A DNA stretch of 64,000 nt, taken from a virus. Of the stretch, positions 9,223 to 19,426 are shown piece after piece (positions within the stretch are counted from its first letter, which is position 1; the number at the start of each line of letters is the position of its first letter). The stretch is taken from IMG/VR virus record IMGVR_UViG_3300020203_000008, positions 64,001 to 128,000 of that record; one strand, given 5' to 3'. Below the pieces are notes generated by a model. The model saw only the letters and a program-made list of their open reading frames with translations. It was not told the DNA's origin and searched no databases. The position numbers and the translations under genes are program-made.

Positions 9223-10047
9223 ATGGCTAAGAGTCGTCAGCTAAGTGACCTATATGTGAGGGGAAAGTCTGTCACCATCGATGATGGCGAAGGTACTCCC
9301 GTAGAGGTTTATATTCGTAAGCTTAATCCCATGGAGCACGAGAAGGCTCTCCGTAAGAGTAATGCTGCTCGTGCTCGCGTCATGGCAGCCGTCAAGGACC
9401 CGGATGGCGACGAATACCTCCAGGTCCAGGGTGATGTTTATGACATGGTACCAACCCAGATTGTCAACTACCTCGTTGAAGAAGGTCTAGATGACACTCG
9501 TCTAGTTGCCGAGGCCGAGGAAGAGAACGAGAAGGAATGGAGTGAGGAGGATTACCTCCAGGGTCTTAGGGATTCTTGGAATGATGTCCTGAGTGGACGC
9601 TTACAAGAAGATCCTGAGGATGCAGAAGCTCTGAGGGTTCTCAAAGAGCTTGAGCGGTTTACTACGAAGGTGGATAAGCGGATTGAGAAGGAACGAGAGA
9701 ATCTCCGTTCCGAGCTAGAGCTTCATTCTATCGAGGCCCTTCGGGAAAAGACCGTCGAGACCTTCCTGAAAACCCGAGCAAACCTTCTTTGGCTTTCCGA
9801 GTTCCGTCGTGCTCAGCTTTGGCTGGCAGTTCGTCAGGTTAATGATCACAAGGCTTACTACTTCACCTCTCGTGATGAGGTAGATGAGCTTCCAGAAGAA
9901 GTGCTCACAATTCTAGTTCGTTCATATGCTGAACTAGAGGTGGACACTCTTGAGGGAAAAGACTCGGAGGAGATCCCGGATTCCTCACCCTCGCCCGAGC
10001 AGGGGCCAGTAGCGGAAACGGTAGTCTCCTCTTCCCTCTCGGAGTAA
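9223..10047 (+). CDS. tail assembly chaperone (gpG-like)
   Basis: Acidic ORF between major tail and tape measure; contains the GGGAAAA slippery site. Confidence 0.75.
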   Translation: MAKSRQLSDLYVRGKSVTIDDGEGTPVEVYIRKLNPMEHEKALRKSNAARARVMAAVKDPDGDEYLQVQGDVYDMVPTQIVNYLVEEGLDDTRLVAEAEEENEKEWSEEDYLQGLRDSWNDVLSGRLQEDPEDAEALRVLKELERFTTKVDKRIEKERENLRSELELHSIEALREKTVETFLKTRANLLWLSEFRRAQLWLAVRQVNDHKAYYFTSRDEVDELPEEVLTILVRSYAELEVDTLEGKDSEEIPDSSPSPEQGPVAETVVSSSLSE

Positions 10048-10304
10048 CAAGTATAGAGGATGTGCCTTGGGATTTAATGAAGGCCATTGAGCATGCTTAC
10101 AGGGTTAATAGTTGGTTTGAACACCTCCTTCCGGAAGAGCAACCCCCGGAGTGGATGTGGCCATACGAGAGCCAGCTAACTCCATGGTTCGAAGAGGTCG
10201 AAAGCAATCGGAAGCAGAAGTATAATGGCGACAGTGGCAGTAGTAGTGGGGGCGACGAAGAAGTTCCTCTAATGGACAATGAGTTGGCTCGCGATAGGCG
10301 TTAA
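9954..10304 (+). CDS. tail assembly chaperone -1 frameshift extension (gpGT-like; fusion 9223..10304)
   Basis: In-frame G GGA AAA at 9954-9960. The -1 frame is open (RLGGDPGFLTLAR...) and continuous with the 10062..10304 ORF. Confidence 0.8.
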   Translation, partial: GKRLGGDPGFLTLARAGASSGNGSLLFPLGVTSIEDVPWDLMKAIEHAYRVNSWFEHLLPEEQPPEWMWPYESQLTPWFEEVESNRKQKYNGDSGSSSGGDEEVPLMDNELARDRR

Positions 10305-10309
10305 GGTGC

Positions 10310-13300
10310 ATGGCTGATAACAATTTCGAATTTGGATTTACGTTCGACTGGTCTCAGCCAGAGCGCTCTACCGAACAGTTTATCCAAAAGGTCCGACGCG
10401 AGCTACAGCGTCTAAATCAGCTCTCTGTCTCGGGTGGTTCTCCGCTTAAGGGGGTTGAGGCTCTAGACTCGTCTACAAAAAAGCTGCTAGAGAGTGGAAG
10501 GCGCGCGAGCAGCTCTGCTACCGGATCTTCTCCTGCGGGTAAGCTGAATGAACAAGAAAAGGCGCGGGCTAGCGGCTTATCGGCCGAAACCAAAGCTCAG
10601 GGTCAGGCTGTTGAGGCGGTCAATGAGCGCCGTAGAGCCATTGATGCTCAAACTCGTCAGGCTGCACTCTTTACCAAACAAGACGCAGCAAATCTTCAGC
10701 AACTCAAGCGAGTCAGAACCCAGAATGCTCTCACTAGTGAGGGCGCTGTTACTGCCGGTGATAATAAGGCAGCAGGGGAACTCGTTGCCGCTAAGCGTCG
10801 TAGAGCCACAGCAGAACAACAGGCTGCTGAGAATGCAGTAAATCCTGGTGACATTAGGGCTAATGCTGAGCTAGCTTCTTCTAAGCGTCGTCGTGCTCTG
10901 CGTGAGAACCTTGCGGCTGAGCGCACTTATACACCTGCTGAAATCCAGGCAACTGGTGATCTCGTTGCGGCTAAGCGTCGTCGCGTTACGAAGGAACAAC
11001 AGGCTGCTGAGGGGGCTATTACTCCACAGGATAGGCAGGCAAGTGCCAATCTAGCGGCCATCAAGCAACGGCGTGTCGCACAGGAACGTGCGATTACAAC
11101 TCGTCAGACGGCTAGTGATCAGGAACTTTTACGAGCTAATGCCGAATCTGTTGTCAATTCTCGTTTGCGTTCGGCTCGTGAGAAGTCGTTTGTTAATGAG
11201 GCTGCTCTTGGCAAGGGTCCAAATGCTGGAACTGCTGCTACTGCTGCGAAGCTTGATGCAGAGAATGCAGTAAATTCGAAGCGAATCCGCGCCCAGCAGC
11301 AGGCTCTTGAAGAAAAGGCTATTGCGAGCGGTCCTGGTGGTAGGACCGGGTTCGTAAATGAGCAGGCCGGAGCACGATCAAGTCAGGCTCTCCTTAATGC
11401 ACAAATCAGAGCCGAGGCTACGCGTAGGCAGGCAGCTAGTTCTGAATATACTTCGGCGGTTGCTTCCACCGCCATCTCTCAGCGTCGTCTGAAGGCCAAG
11501 GTAGATGAGCAAGTAGCGAAGGCAGTTGTTGGAGATAGCGCGACCCTGCAACGCGAAGCAAATGCTGCTGTAGCTAAGAAAACTGCTGCAAACATTAAGT
11601 CTGCCAAAGTAGCGGAAAAGATTCTTGCTAATCAGTCAGGTGAGCTTGACGAGATTGTTCGTGCCAAGGTCGCTAATAAGCGACTCACTGCTGCTATTCA
11701 AGCTCGTGTTAATGCGGAATTGAAGGCTGCCCAGAACACTAATACGGCACCCGGCTCGGCTCAGGGTGGCGGAACCTTGTTCCAGCGTCTCCAATCACGC
11801 TTTGCTCAGCGAGGTAGTGGGCAGGGGGGGCAGGATCTACGTGCTCCTGAAGAGTTCCAGCGTCTCGGTCAGTTCGTTGGATCTAAGGCTCTTACTACCG
11901 GAGCTTTCGCCTTCTCGGGTGCAGCTCTCTTCGGTGTAGTGAATACAATCCAGGCTGCGGTTGAAGAGGCAAACAAGTTCCAGGTGGTTATGGTTTCCGT
12001 GGAACAGCAGTTGATTTCCACAGATCAGGCTGGTCAACTACCACAGTTCCGTAAGGCTATTATAGACATCTCTAATGAGACGGGGGTTGCAGCCTCCGAG
12101 GTTGGTTCCGTTGCATTCCAGTTGAGGGGTGCATTCGGAGACACGGCTAAATCAGTCGCGGAGGCTAGCGCAGCGATTAAGCTCTCTGTCGTTTCTGGTC
12201 TATCGGTAGGAGATATTACTGATAGCCTTACCGCTACTGCATTGTCCTACAAGACTTCGATTAATTCGATTGGTGACTCAGCCCTTGGTATTCAGGAGCG
12301 TACCGGTGTGCTCGCTAAGGAGACCATCCGATTTGTGGCCGATATTGCTCCGGTGGCTAAGCAGGTAGGTCTTAGCCTCAAAGAGATCACGGCTATTGGT
12401 GCGGTTGCTCAGCAGCAGAGTGGTCGTGGTGGTGCTGCATTAGCTGAAGCCTTTGGTCGTATCCTTCCGGAGGTTCAGAAGAGTGGGTCAGCAATCCTTG
12501 AGTTGTATAACTCCACGCCTGCTCTGGCTGGACGTGTTGGCCAAATAGGTAATGCTCTGTCTCAAGGTAATACGGGGACTGTACTTAAGGCTCTTATTGA
12601 TGATTATGGCAAGCTTGATAGAACTACACAGAACTATGTCGTTACTCTACTCGGTGGTCGTCGTGAAGCTGCTTCTCTTATCCCGGTCCTCCGGAATGCC
12701 AGTAAAGTAAACCAACTGATTGCCCAATCGTCTACTGATGCAGGTAAGACGCAGGAGTATTTTGCTAGGGTTCAGAGAACCCTTTCGACTGAGGTTCAGC
12801 GCATCACTCGTGAGTTCCAGAACTTCATCGGAACGCTACTGCGTGCGGGCCTTTCGGACATCTTGAGGGATGTCCTCATCGTGGGAGGGCTTCTTCTCCG
12901 TGTTATCGGTGGGCTGGCCCGTACCTTCCAGTCCCTTAATGAGGTTCTTGGTGGCTTCCCGGTAAAGATTCTCGCCGGAGCGGCAGCAATGGCTTTGCTT
13001 CTTAAGAGTGCAAGAGCTTTGGGTGGACTAAACCTTGTTCAGTCTCTCGGTGGATTCTTTGGAATAGGTTCTCGGGCTGGTGGCCTAGGTGGAGTCCGAG
13101 GAATTGCCGGTCGTGTCGGTAACTTCTTTGGAGCTTCTTCTAATGCTGCACAATCTCAGCGTGCTGCTGCTCAGTCTGCTTCTGCGGCTCGGGGTACCCA
13201 GTTCTCTTCGCTGCTCGGACTCAATCAGGGTGGACTTCAACAGGCTCCGTTAGGTGGCCGACTTGGTGGGATAAACCAATTTGTTCGCGGTCAGTCCAAC

Positions 13301-15751
13301 TTCTTCAATCGAAGTAGTGGATTTGCTAACACAGTCGGTGCTGGTCTTGCTTTCGCTGGTGTTAATGTCCTCTTGGATTCTCGCACTAAGTACCAATCTG
13401 AAGCCTTGGACTGGGCGAACCGGATTCGAAGTGCCGATGAAGATGCTGTTGACAAGATTATTGCCAAGTACAATAAGCAACAAGCCCCGACAAATACTCT
13501 CAAGGACAGTATCAGCGGCAAACTCAATGGACTCCTCCCTGTCGGTGGAGCGCTTCAGGGTCTTGCTGCATTCCTTACTAACGAGGAGTTCCGGGGTGAA
13601 GTAACAACCTTCTTTAGTGGGGGAAAGACCAAGGACGACGTTGTTGAAGATTCTCTCCAGCAAAGACGTGCAGCCAACAATACCGTTCCTCTCTTAGAAG
13701 CATTCAAGAGTGAGTATAAGAAGAGGAATACTGCAAGAATTGTTAAGTTCAAGGAGGTTGTTGATTTTCTACAGAGCGGTCAGTTCGGTGAGGGTAAGAT
13801 TCTTGAGATCTTCAAGGAGCCGGAAGCGGCAGCTAAGCTCACCGGCAAGCAAGCAGCGAAGCAGATTCAAGCTGTTATAGACTTCTTGGGTGACGGTTCA
13901 GATGATGCTGCCAATCAGATCGTTGAAAATTATATCCAGATTCTACAGAGCAACCCGGCTACTCCTAAGAGGCTCTTGAAGAATGTTGTTGCCGCGCTTC
14001 GTGATTCCCAGAAAAAAGCTTCAGATCAAGCTGGACCGACTGGCGCTGATCGCGAGACTCTTGATACATCCAAGGCTCTTTTTGAGGCTGGAGATAAGCC
14101 TCTTAATGAATACATCAAGTCCCTTGATTCTTTTATCTCGGCGCTTAAGACTATAAAAGATCCTAGTGATGATCAAAAGAAGGACCTTGCCCAGAAGCAG
14201 AAGGAGGCTAGGGACGCCCTAACGACTGCGGCGAAGGAACAGAACGATCTCATCAAGTTTGTGGATGAACTTCGTGCTGGCGAAGCTCGTCCAATTGACC
14301 AGCTAAATGCAGCGAGAGGACTACTAAATAATCCCAATCTTACGGCAGAGGGTCAGGTTGAAGCGGCTAAGGGAGTTCTCTCTGCCCAGCAGGATGTGTT
14401 CCTCCAAGCTGTTACTTCTTCGGGCAAAGGCATCGGTAGCGTTATTGCTGATCTACAGGCCGGATTTAAGCCTGACGCCAAGGCACTTGCAGTCATTCGG
14501 AAGCGAGTAGCTGACCTTAATGCTCGTGGTATCAACGTCAGTGTTGATGATATTGTTGCTGGTCAGGCCAAGGGTGCCCGTGAGGAAGTAAACAAGCTTC
14601 TTGATCTTCAGGGTCGTCAGTCTGCCGTGGCGATTGGACCTAATGCTGTCAACCAGGCAGCCCTGTCTCTGCGTACCGCTCAGGCGAAGCTTAAGAATGC
14701 TGCTCCAGGTACAAGTACAATTGAAGCACAGACGGTTGTCCTTGAAGCCCAGAAGGGCTTGAATGATGCTATTAGGACTCAGGCTCGGGCCGTTGAAGAT
14801 GGTTACCAGGCACTCTCTCGGGCCTCGCTTGGGAATCAGAATCCTATTGCCCAGGCCAGGTTCGATATCGCTGGCGCTGATATCGCCACCCGTCGCGCCT
14901 ACGAGGACCAGGATCCAGGTGCCCTAATCCAGGCGCTGGCTACTCGTCGCCAGGCTGGGGTTGCCCTCTTGAAGGCGCAACAGGACATTGACGACGCTTA
15001 TAGGGAACTTCTCAAGAGTCAGACGAACGATCCAATTAAGCAGGCTTACTCAGATATTGTTGCAGCCAGTGTTGCTTTCGACAGAGCTAATGCTCAGAAC
15101 GACCAGGCCGCTGCCTTCCGGGCCTTGGCCCAAAGGAATGAAGCCATCAAGGCAGGGCTTGCTAGCATTAGTGACCTGTACTCTTCCATTAATGAGTTTG
15201 CTACATCCCTCGCCAACTTTAAGGGCGATGCGGTGTCGGCTGCCGAGATCAGTGTCACTGAGGCTACTAGGAAGCTCCAGGAAGCCGTCAGTCAGGATGC
15301 TGGTCAGGCTTCTATTAATCGGGCTCGGGCGGCCCTACAGGATGCTCAGGGGGGTCTCCGGGATTCCAAGCTGAACAAGCAGTTGGACGATATCGACTTT
15401 GCTTTGGAGCTATCCAAGATCTCTGTTAATCAGGCCATTCAGCAGTTAACTGCTCTCCTCCAGATTCCTAATCTAACAGAGGAGCAGACTCGTGGAATTC
15501 TGCGTAAGATCAACTCCCTGAAGCAGGGACTGAGCCAGGATCTCCAGTTTAATCTGCCAACTGAATTGAAGTTGCCTACCCTCTACGAGTCTCGCCGCTT
15601 GAACCAGAGCAATGGGGCTTACCAGGATAATCGAGTTATATCTATTCAGTTGTCTCCGAATACTCCGACAGATCTTAATGCGGCAGTACAGCAGATTGTG
15701 GATGCCGTGAATCAGCCTCCTGTACTCGGATCAAGACCTAGGATTTATTGA
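10310..15751 (+). CDS. tape measure protein
   Basis: 1813-aa Ala/Gln-rich helical protein with a tape-measure-like core (~11950-12800) and hydrophobic Gly-rich segments. Confidence 0.9.
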   Translation: MADNNFEFGFTFDWSQPERSTEQFIQKVRRELQRLNQLSVSGGSPLKGVEALDSSTKKLLESGRRASSSATGSSPAGKLNEQEKARASGLSAETKAQGQAVEAVNERRRAIDAQTRQAALFTKQDAANLQQLKRVRTQNALTSEGAVTAGDNKAAGELVAAKRRRATAEQQAAENAVNPGDIRANAELASSKRRRALRENLAAERTYTPAEIQATGDLVAAKRRRVTKEQQAAEGAITPQDRQASANLAAIKQRRVAQERAITTRQTASDQELLRANAESVVNSRLRSAREKSFVNEAALGKGPNAGTAATAAKLDAENAVNSKRIRAQQQALEEKAIASGPGGRTGFVNEQAGARSSQALLNAQIRAEATRRQAASSEYTSAVASTAISQRRLKAKVDEQVAKAVVGDSATLQREANAAVAKKTAANIKSAKVAEKILANQSGELDEIVRAKVANKRLTAAIQARVNAELKAAQNTNTAPGSAQGGGTLFQRLQSRFAQRGSGQGGQDLRAPEEFQRLGQFVGSKALTTGAFAFSGAALFGVVNTIQAAVEEANKFQVVMVSVEQQLISTDQAGQLPQFRKAIIDISNETGVAASEVGSVAFQLRGAFGDTAKSVAEASAAIKLSVVSGLSVGDITDSLTATALSYKTSINSIGDSALGIQERTGVLAKETIRFVADIAPVAKQVGLSLKEITAIGAVAQQQSGRGGAALAEAFGRILPEVQKSGSAILELYNSTPALAGRVGQIGNALSQGNTGTVLKALIDDYGKLDRTTQNYVVTLLGGRREAASLIPVLRNASKVNQLIAQSSTDAGKTQEYFARVQRTLSTEVQRITREFQNFIGTLLRAGLSDILRDVLIVGGLLLRVIGGLARTFQSLNEVLGGFPVKILAGAAAMALLLKSARALGGLNLVQSLGGFFGIGSRAGGLGGVRGIAGRVGNFFGASSNAAQSQRAAAQSASAARGTQFSSLLGLNQGGLQQAPLGGRLGGINQFVRGQSNFFNRSSGFANTVGAGLAFAGVNVLLDSRTKYQSEALDWANRIRSADEDAVDKIIAKYNKQQAPTNTLKDSISGKLNGLLPVGGALQGLAAFLTNEEFRGEVTTFFSGGKTKDDVVEDSLQQRRAANNTVPLLEAFKSEYKKRNTARIVKFKEVVDFLQSGQFGEGKILEIFKEPEAAAKLTGKQAAKQIQAVIDFLGDGSDDAANQIVENYIQILQSNPATPKRLLKNVVAALRDSQKKASDQAGPTGADRETLDTSKALFEAGDKPLNEYIKSLDSFISALKTIKDPSDDQKKDLAQKQKEARDALTTAAKEQNDLIKFVDELRAGEARPIDQLNAARGLLNNPNLTAEGQVEAAKGVLSAQQDVFLQAVTSSGKGIGSVIADLQAGFKPDAKALAVIRKRVADLNARGINVSVDDIVAGQAKGAREEVNKLLDLQGRQSAVAIGPNAVNQAALSLRTAQAKLKNAAPGTSTIEAQTVVLEAQKGLNDAIRTQARAVEDGYQALSRASLGNQNPIAQARFDIAGADIATRRAYEDQDPGALIQALATRRQAGVALLKAQQDIDDAYRELLKSQTNDPIKQAYSDIVAASVAFDRANAQNDQAAAFRALAQRNEAIKAGLASISDLYSSINEFATSLANFKGDAVSAAEISVTEATRKLQEAVSQDAGQASINRARAALQDAQGGLRDSKLNKQLDDIDFALELSKISVNQAIQQLTALLQIPNLTEEQTRGILRKINSLKQGLSQDLQFNLPTELKLPTLYESRRLNQSNGAYQDNRVISIQLSPNTPTDLNAAVQQIVDAVNQPPVLGSRPRIY
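10740..11100 (+). repeat. ~30-aa (90-bp) imperfect repeats in tape measure N-terminus
   Basis: LVAAKRRR / LASSKRRR / LVAAKRRR / LAAIKQRR recur at a 90-bp period (ctcgttgc.gctaagcgtcg at 10781 and 10961). Confidence 0.7.
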
Positions 15752-15752
15752 C

Positions 15753-16154
15753 ATGGCTGCTGTAGTAAGGTGGAAGTTCGATGATCTCACGACGTTGGCT
15801 ACTTATACGTTCGAGATAAACCCTGCTTCGGGTGGATCTCCCTCTTTCGAAAAGAACCTCGTTTATGAGAATACTCTTGCTCCTAATGGTCATGCTCTGA
15901 TTTATGAAGGCCAAGATCCGGTACGTGAACTGACCTGGGAGGGAGTTATTCTCACTCAGACTCATTATCAGACCTATGTTGATTGGTGGGACAAGCGACA
16001 TCAGATCAAATTGACAGACGATCTGGGTAGACAGTACGTCATTTATATTAAGAGTTTTCAGCCCAAGAGAGAGAGAGCTGTGCATTATCCTTGGAAGCAC
16101 AGCTATACTGTCACTGCTGTTATTCTTGATTGGCTCAGTGAGCCTACGATATGA
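15753..16154 (+). CDS. distal tail protein (Dit-like)
   Basis: Small beta protein right after the tape measure (FEINP...LTDDLGR). Confidence 0.55.
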   Translation: MAAVVRWKFDDLTTLATYTFEINPASGGSPSFEKNLVYENTLAPNGHALIYEGQDPVRELTWEGVILTQTHYQTYVDWWDKRHQIKLTDDLGRQYVIYIKSFQPKRERAVHYPWKHSYTVTAVILDWLSEPTI

Positions 16155-16160
16155 GGATCA

Positions 16161-18773
16161 ATGCGTTTAGTACCGACTGATTTTTGGAGGCTTTGGTCAC
16201 AAGGTGGGCCTTTCATCGGTGATGCTGGGGCTCCTCATGCCCGTGTCACCGTGGAACCTAGCTATAGGCTTCGGGAATCGGCTACTACTGCTGTTGGTAG
16301 TTTTGCTAGGGGTCCTATCCGTTGGTTTCAACGTCAAGATAATAGTCAAACTGAGTTTGAGGTTCCTAATATTCAGAGTATCCAAACTGAACGCAGTTTG
16401 GATGCTGATGCTGCATCATGTAACATTACATTGAAGAACCAGTGGATGAGAATTAATACCGACGCCATCTCTCCTGATGACGGAGAGTTGGGACAACCCG
16501 GTTATTTTACCTTCTCGCGTGGTGAATCTCCCGATGCTCAAGCTCGATGGGGTCATGAGACCATTGGAGACACTACCTTATGGTATGAGACTGCATATCC
16601 TGATAGTTCATGGACTATAGGTCATGTTATTGGGAGTTCTGCGGTTAACTCTCCACCGAATTGGCCGGATGCCATTACCTCTATCATCTGGGATTCAAGA
16701 GGTACGGCTATTGCTGCCCCGCCAGGACAACTGTTTTGGCGATACCATTTTACATTGGCTTCGCCTAAGACTGTGCGGTTTTATGCCGCAGTTGATGATT
16801 ACATGAAGCTGTATGTTGATGGAGAATTGAAAGTCAGTGAAATTGAAGGTCATAATGTAGTGACGGGTGGAGGCGGTTTGAGTATATCAACAGTTGTTGA
16901 TATGTCTTTGGCTGCTGGAAGTCATTGTATTGCTATCCAGGGAGTTAACCATAATCAATATCCTGATTATGGTAATCCAGGTGCCCTTCTATTCGTTATG
17001 TATGAACGCATAGGGACTACCTTGGGTCCACGTATGTTCGGTACTGATGATGTAGCGAATTGGAAACTTCTACCTTATCAGGCAACCGAACCTCCTCCTG
17101 TTATCTCTGGTTGGAATGAGATCCTCGTTCCAAATGCTTTGATTCGCACATATCAAGGCTATGGTGGAAAAGATAAATCAATAGCCCAAGCATTAACTGA
17201 TGGAAATATCATTCTTACAGGTGTTTGGCTGGTAGATTCTGTTAGGATCAATGCATCGGATAACTCGATAACCCTTGCTTGCAGGGATATGGCAAAGCTG
17301 CTTATCGAGCAACAGGTTTATCCACCGTTAGTGCCGCTAATCTATTATCCTCTTCGTTATGCGCGCTATATTCTTGGGGCCGAATTCACACCCGACAATG
17401 CTCCGCAGTTCTATGATCTTAAAGTAAAGCTGAAGAGCAGCAATTATATACAGGCTAGTTCTGATGCTATAGCGGGACCTAATGGTCCGATTCATGGGCA
17501 TGTTCCTTATGATTCTGATACGTCAAGGTTTGGGTCTCCCGGTTATGAGGGTGGTCGGGGTATAGATCCTAATAAGTATTGGCTTTCAGAGGGTTATTCC
17601 AGTGCCAATCCTGCTACTGGTCCGTGGTTTGAGGTGCTGTGCAGGGAGGATATAGATGCTGTTTATGTCCGTCCTTGGGCTGGAAATTATCAATGTTTTG
17701 TATCGGTATTTGAAGTTGATGCTACTAGCTTCACAGATATTGGTGCCGGAATGGTTGACGGGATACCCTATGTGGCGCAGTTTGGGACTCCTTGGGAGAC
17801 CCAAGCCTGGTATCGTTTAGGTCGAGTATATCGGCCTAATGTTATTAGATTTACTTTTAAGAATCTAGTACCAAGTCCCTGGGATGCACCAAATAATTAC
17901 CGTGTAGGTATCCGTGGATTTGCCGTTGCCCTTTCTGATGATGCTATTGCAAATTCCAAGCGTGATGGAAACTACAAAGACTATTCTGATATCGTTAAGG
18001 ACTTGTTGTTGTGGGGAGGATTTTGGTTCTATAATCCAGTTCTTGCTAACAATGAAAGACCTCCCGTATATGGAAGTATCGAATCTACGGGAGCTTGGGC
18101 TGATGATGTTATTCCAGAGGATAACTTTGATAAACGTCCATTGATTGATGGCATCAATTTTTTCAAGGAAATTGTCGGTTATGTCTTTAATGTAGATGAG
18201 ACGGGTGCTGCCAATTTTCGTTCACCAAACTGGTGGTCTTTGGGTAATTTCTTTGAGGATGGAACTCGTACCAATTTTATGCCGGAGATTGACGAACGGC
18301 TTCAGTTGACGAATTATACGATTGAAGTATCGGACAAAGCGGCACGTTCCGAGATAATCATTGGTACTGCCGATCCAACGGCAGGTTTTCAGGATACGAT
18401 TACCTCGCGCTATGTACCCCCTAATCAGGATCTCCTCAAGGGCATGGTCCGTCCAGCCATGTGGAACAATGGGGTATTCACCAACAAGGCTGAGCAGGAA
18501 ATTATGGCTCGACTGATTGCCCTGCATTCCTGGTTTGCTCAGCGCCAAGGATCTGTTACTTGTGTGGCTAATCCAGCCATACAAATTGATGATCAGGTGA
18601 GGATATATGAGCGTCAGACTGGCGAGACTTACGTACATTATGTGCGGGGTATAAGCACCCAGTTCGACGTTGAACAGGGTAACTACACGATGACGCTTAC
18701 GACGAACTGGTTGGGTGAACGAGATAACTGGGCTATTCAGCTAAGCGATTCAGCAACGACTTTTGGAGATTAA
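16161..18773 (+). CDS. tail tip/hub protein with inserted carbohydrate-binding-like domains
   Basis: Hub motifs (CRDMAKLL; NPAIQIDDQVRI). Insert with AVDDYMKLYVDG...GSHCIAI...NPGALL (PA14/jelly-roll-like) and a discoidin-like segment. Confidence 0.65.
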   Translation: MRLVPTDFWRLWSQGGPFIGDAGAPHARVTVEPSYRLRESATTAVGSFARGPIRWFQRQDNSQTEFEVPNIQSIQTERSLDADAASCNITLKNQWMRINTDAISPDDGELGQPGYFTFSRGESPDAQARWGHETIGDTTLWYETAYPDSSWTIGHVIGSSAVNSPPNWPDAITSIIWDSRGTAIAAPPGQLFWRYHFTLASPKTVRFYAAVDDYMKLYVDGELKVSEIEGHNVVTGGGGLSISTVVDMSLAAGSHCIAIQGVNHNQYPDYGNPGALLFVMYERIGTTLGPRMFGTDDVANWKLLPYQATEPPPVISGWNEILVPNALIRTYQGYGGKDKSIAQALTDGNIILTGVWLVDSVRINASDNSITLACRDMAKLLIEQQVYPPLVPLIYYPLRYARYILGAEFTPDNAPQFYDLKVKLKSSNYIQASSDAIAGPNGPIHGHVPYDSDTSRFGSPGYEGGRGIDPNKYWLSEGYSSANPATGPWFEVLCREDIDAVYVRPWAGNYQCFVSVFEVDATSFTDIGAGMVDGIPYVAQFGTPWETQAWYRLGRVYRPNVIRFTFKNLVPSPWDAPNNYRVGIRGFAVALSDDAIANSKRDGNYKDYSDIVKDLLLWGGFWFYNPVLANNERPPVYGSIESTGAWADDVIPEDNFDKRPLIDGINFFKEIVGYVFNVDETGAANFRSPNWWSLGNFFEDGTRTNFMPEIDERLQLTNYTIEVSDKAARSEIIIGTADPTAGFQDTITSRYVPPNQDLLKGMVRPAMWNNGVFTNKAEQEIMARLIALHSWFAQRQGSVTCVANPAIQIDDQVRIYERQTGETYVHYVRGISTQFDVEQGNYTMTLTTNWLGERDNWAIQLSDSATTFGD

Positions 18774-18774
18774 T

Positions 18775-18918
18775 ATGGCACACGAACAGAGACCAGTATT
18801 TATTGTTGACGATATCCTACGTGGTTATCTTATGCGTTGTGAGTCAAAGTCTGTTACCGTAGCGCGTTTGGATGGGATCTTGAACCGCGTTGCGAAGGGA
18901 ACAGTGGTAGCAGGCTAA
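18775..18918 (+). CDS. small hypothetical protein (47 aa, not in ORF track)
   Basis: MAHEQRPVFIVDD...VVAG fills the gap; its stop overlaps the next ATG. Confidence 0.55.
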   Translation: MAHEQRPVFIVDDILRGYLMRCESKSVTVARLDGILNRVAKGTVVAG

Positions 18919-19355
18919 TGGTAGATGTCAATGTTCCCAGACTTGGGAGAATGCTGAAAGGTCAGCAAGAGGACAGGCGAGGCGAGATAGGGCGAGGCGC
19001 TGCTTTTCATGCTGGTAGGCATGAGCTTGAGGGCTTCATAGAGACGACCGGAGCAGGTGAAGTTCTGGTAGATGTTCATTTCCCAGTTCGATTCATGGAG
19101 AAGCCGAACATGACATTTGGGGGCGAACTCACTCCAAATCAGGGAGCTGTTCTTGGCAATTTCCCCACCGTGAGTGTAGTAGTTGTGACGTGGGATCGTG
19201 AGGACCAGGTTGGTGGCTTTTACTACAATGGATGTTCATTGGGTATTGTAACCAGTGGGCCAACGGATATGAGAATGTTCGTTCACTGGAAGGCTTCAGG
19301 GAAAGCTTTCGTTAATCCGGTAAAACATGGCGGAACTTTGGGCGAGGCTATCTAA
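18918..19355 (+). CDS. minor tail protein
   Basis: VHFPVRFMEKP...VHWKASG resembles H-type-lectin-like tail domains; synteny. Confidence 0.5.
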   Translation: MVDVNVPRLGRMLKGQQEDRRGEIGRGAAFHAGRHELEGFIETTGAGEVLVDVHFPVRFMEKPNMTFGGELTPNQGAVLGNFPTVSVVVVTWDREDQVGGFYYNGCSLGIVTSGPTDMRMFVHWKASGKAFVNPVKHGGTLGEAI

Positions 19356-19426
19356 TTCTTGATTAGATGGTTGTAAGGGTCGATCTAAAATCAGGGCTCT
19401 AGTAAAGGGAATTAGGGGAATAAGTA

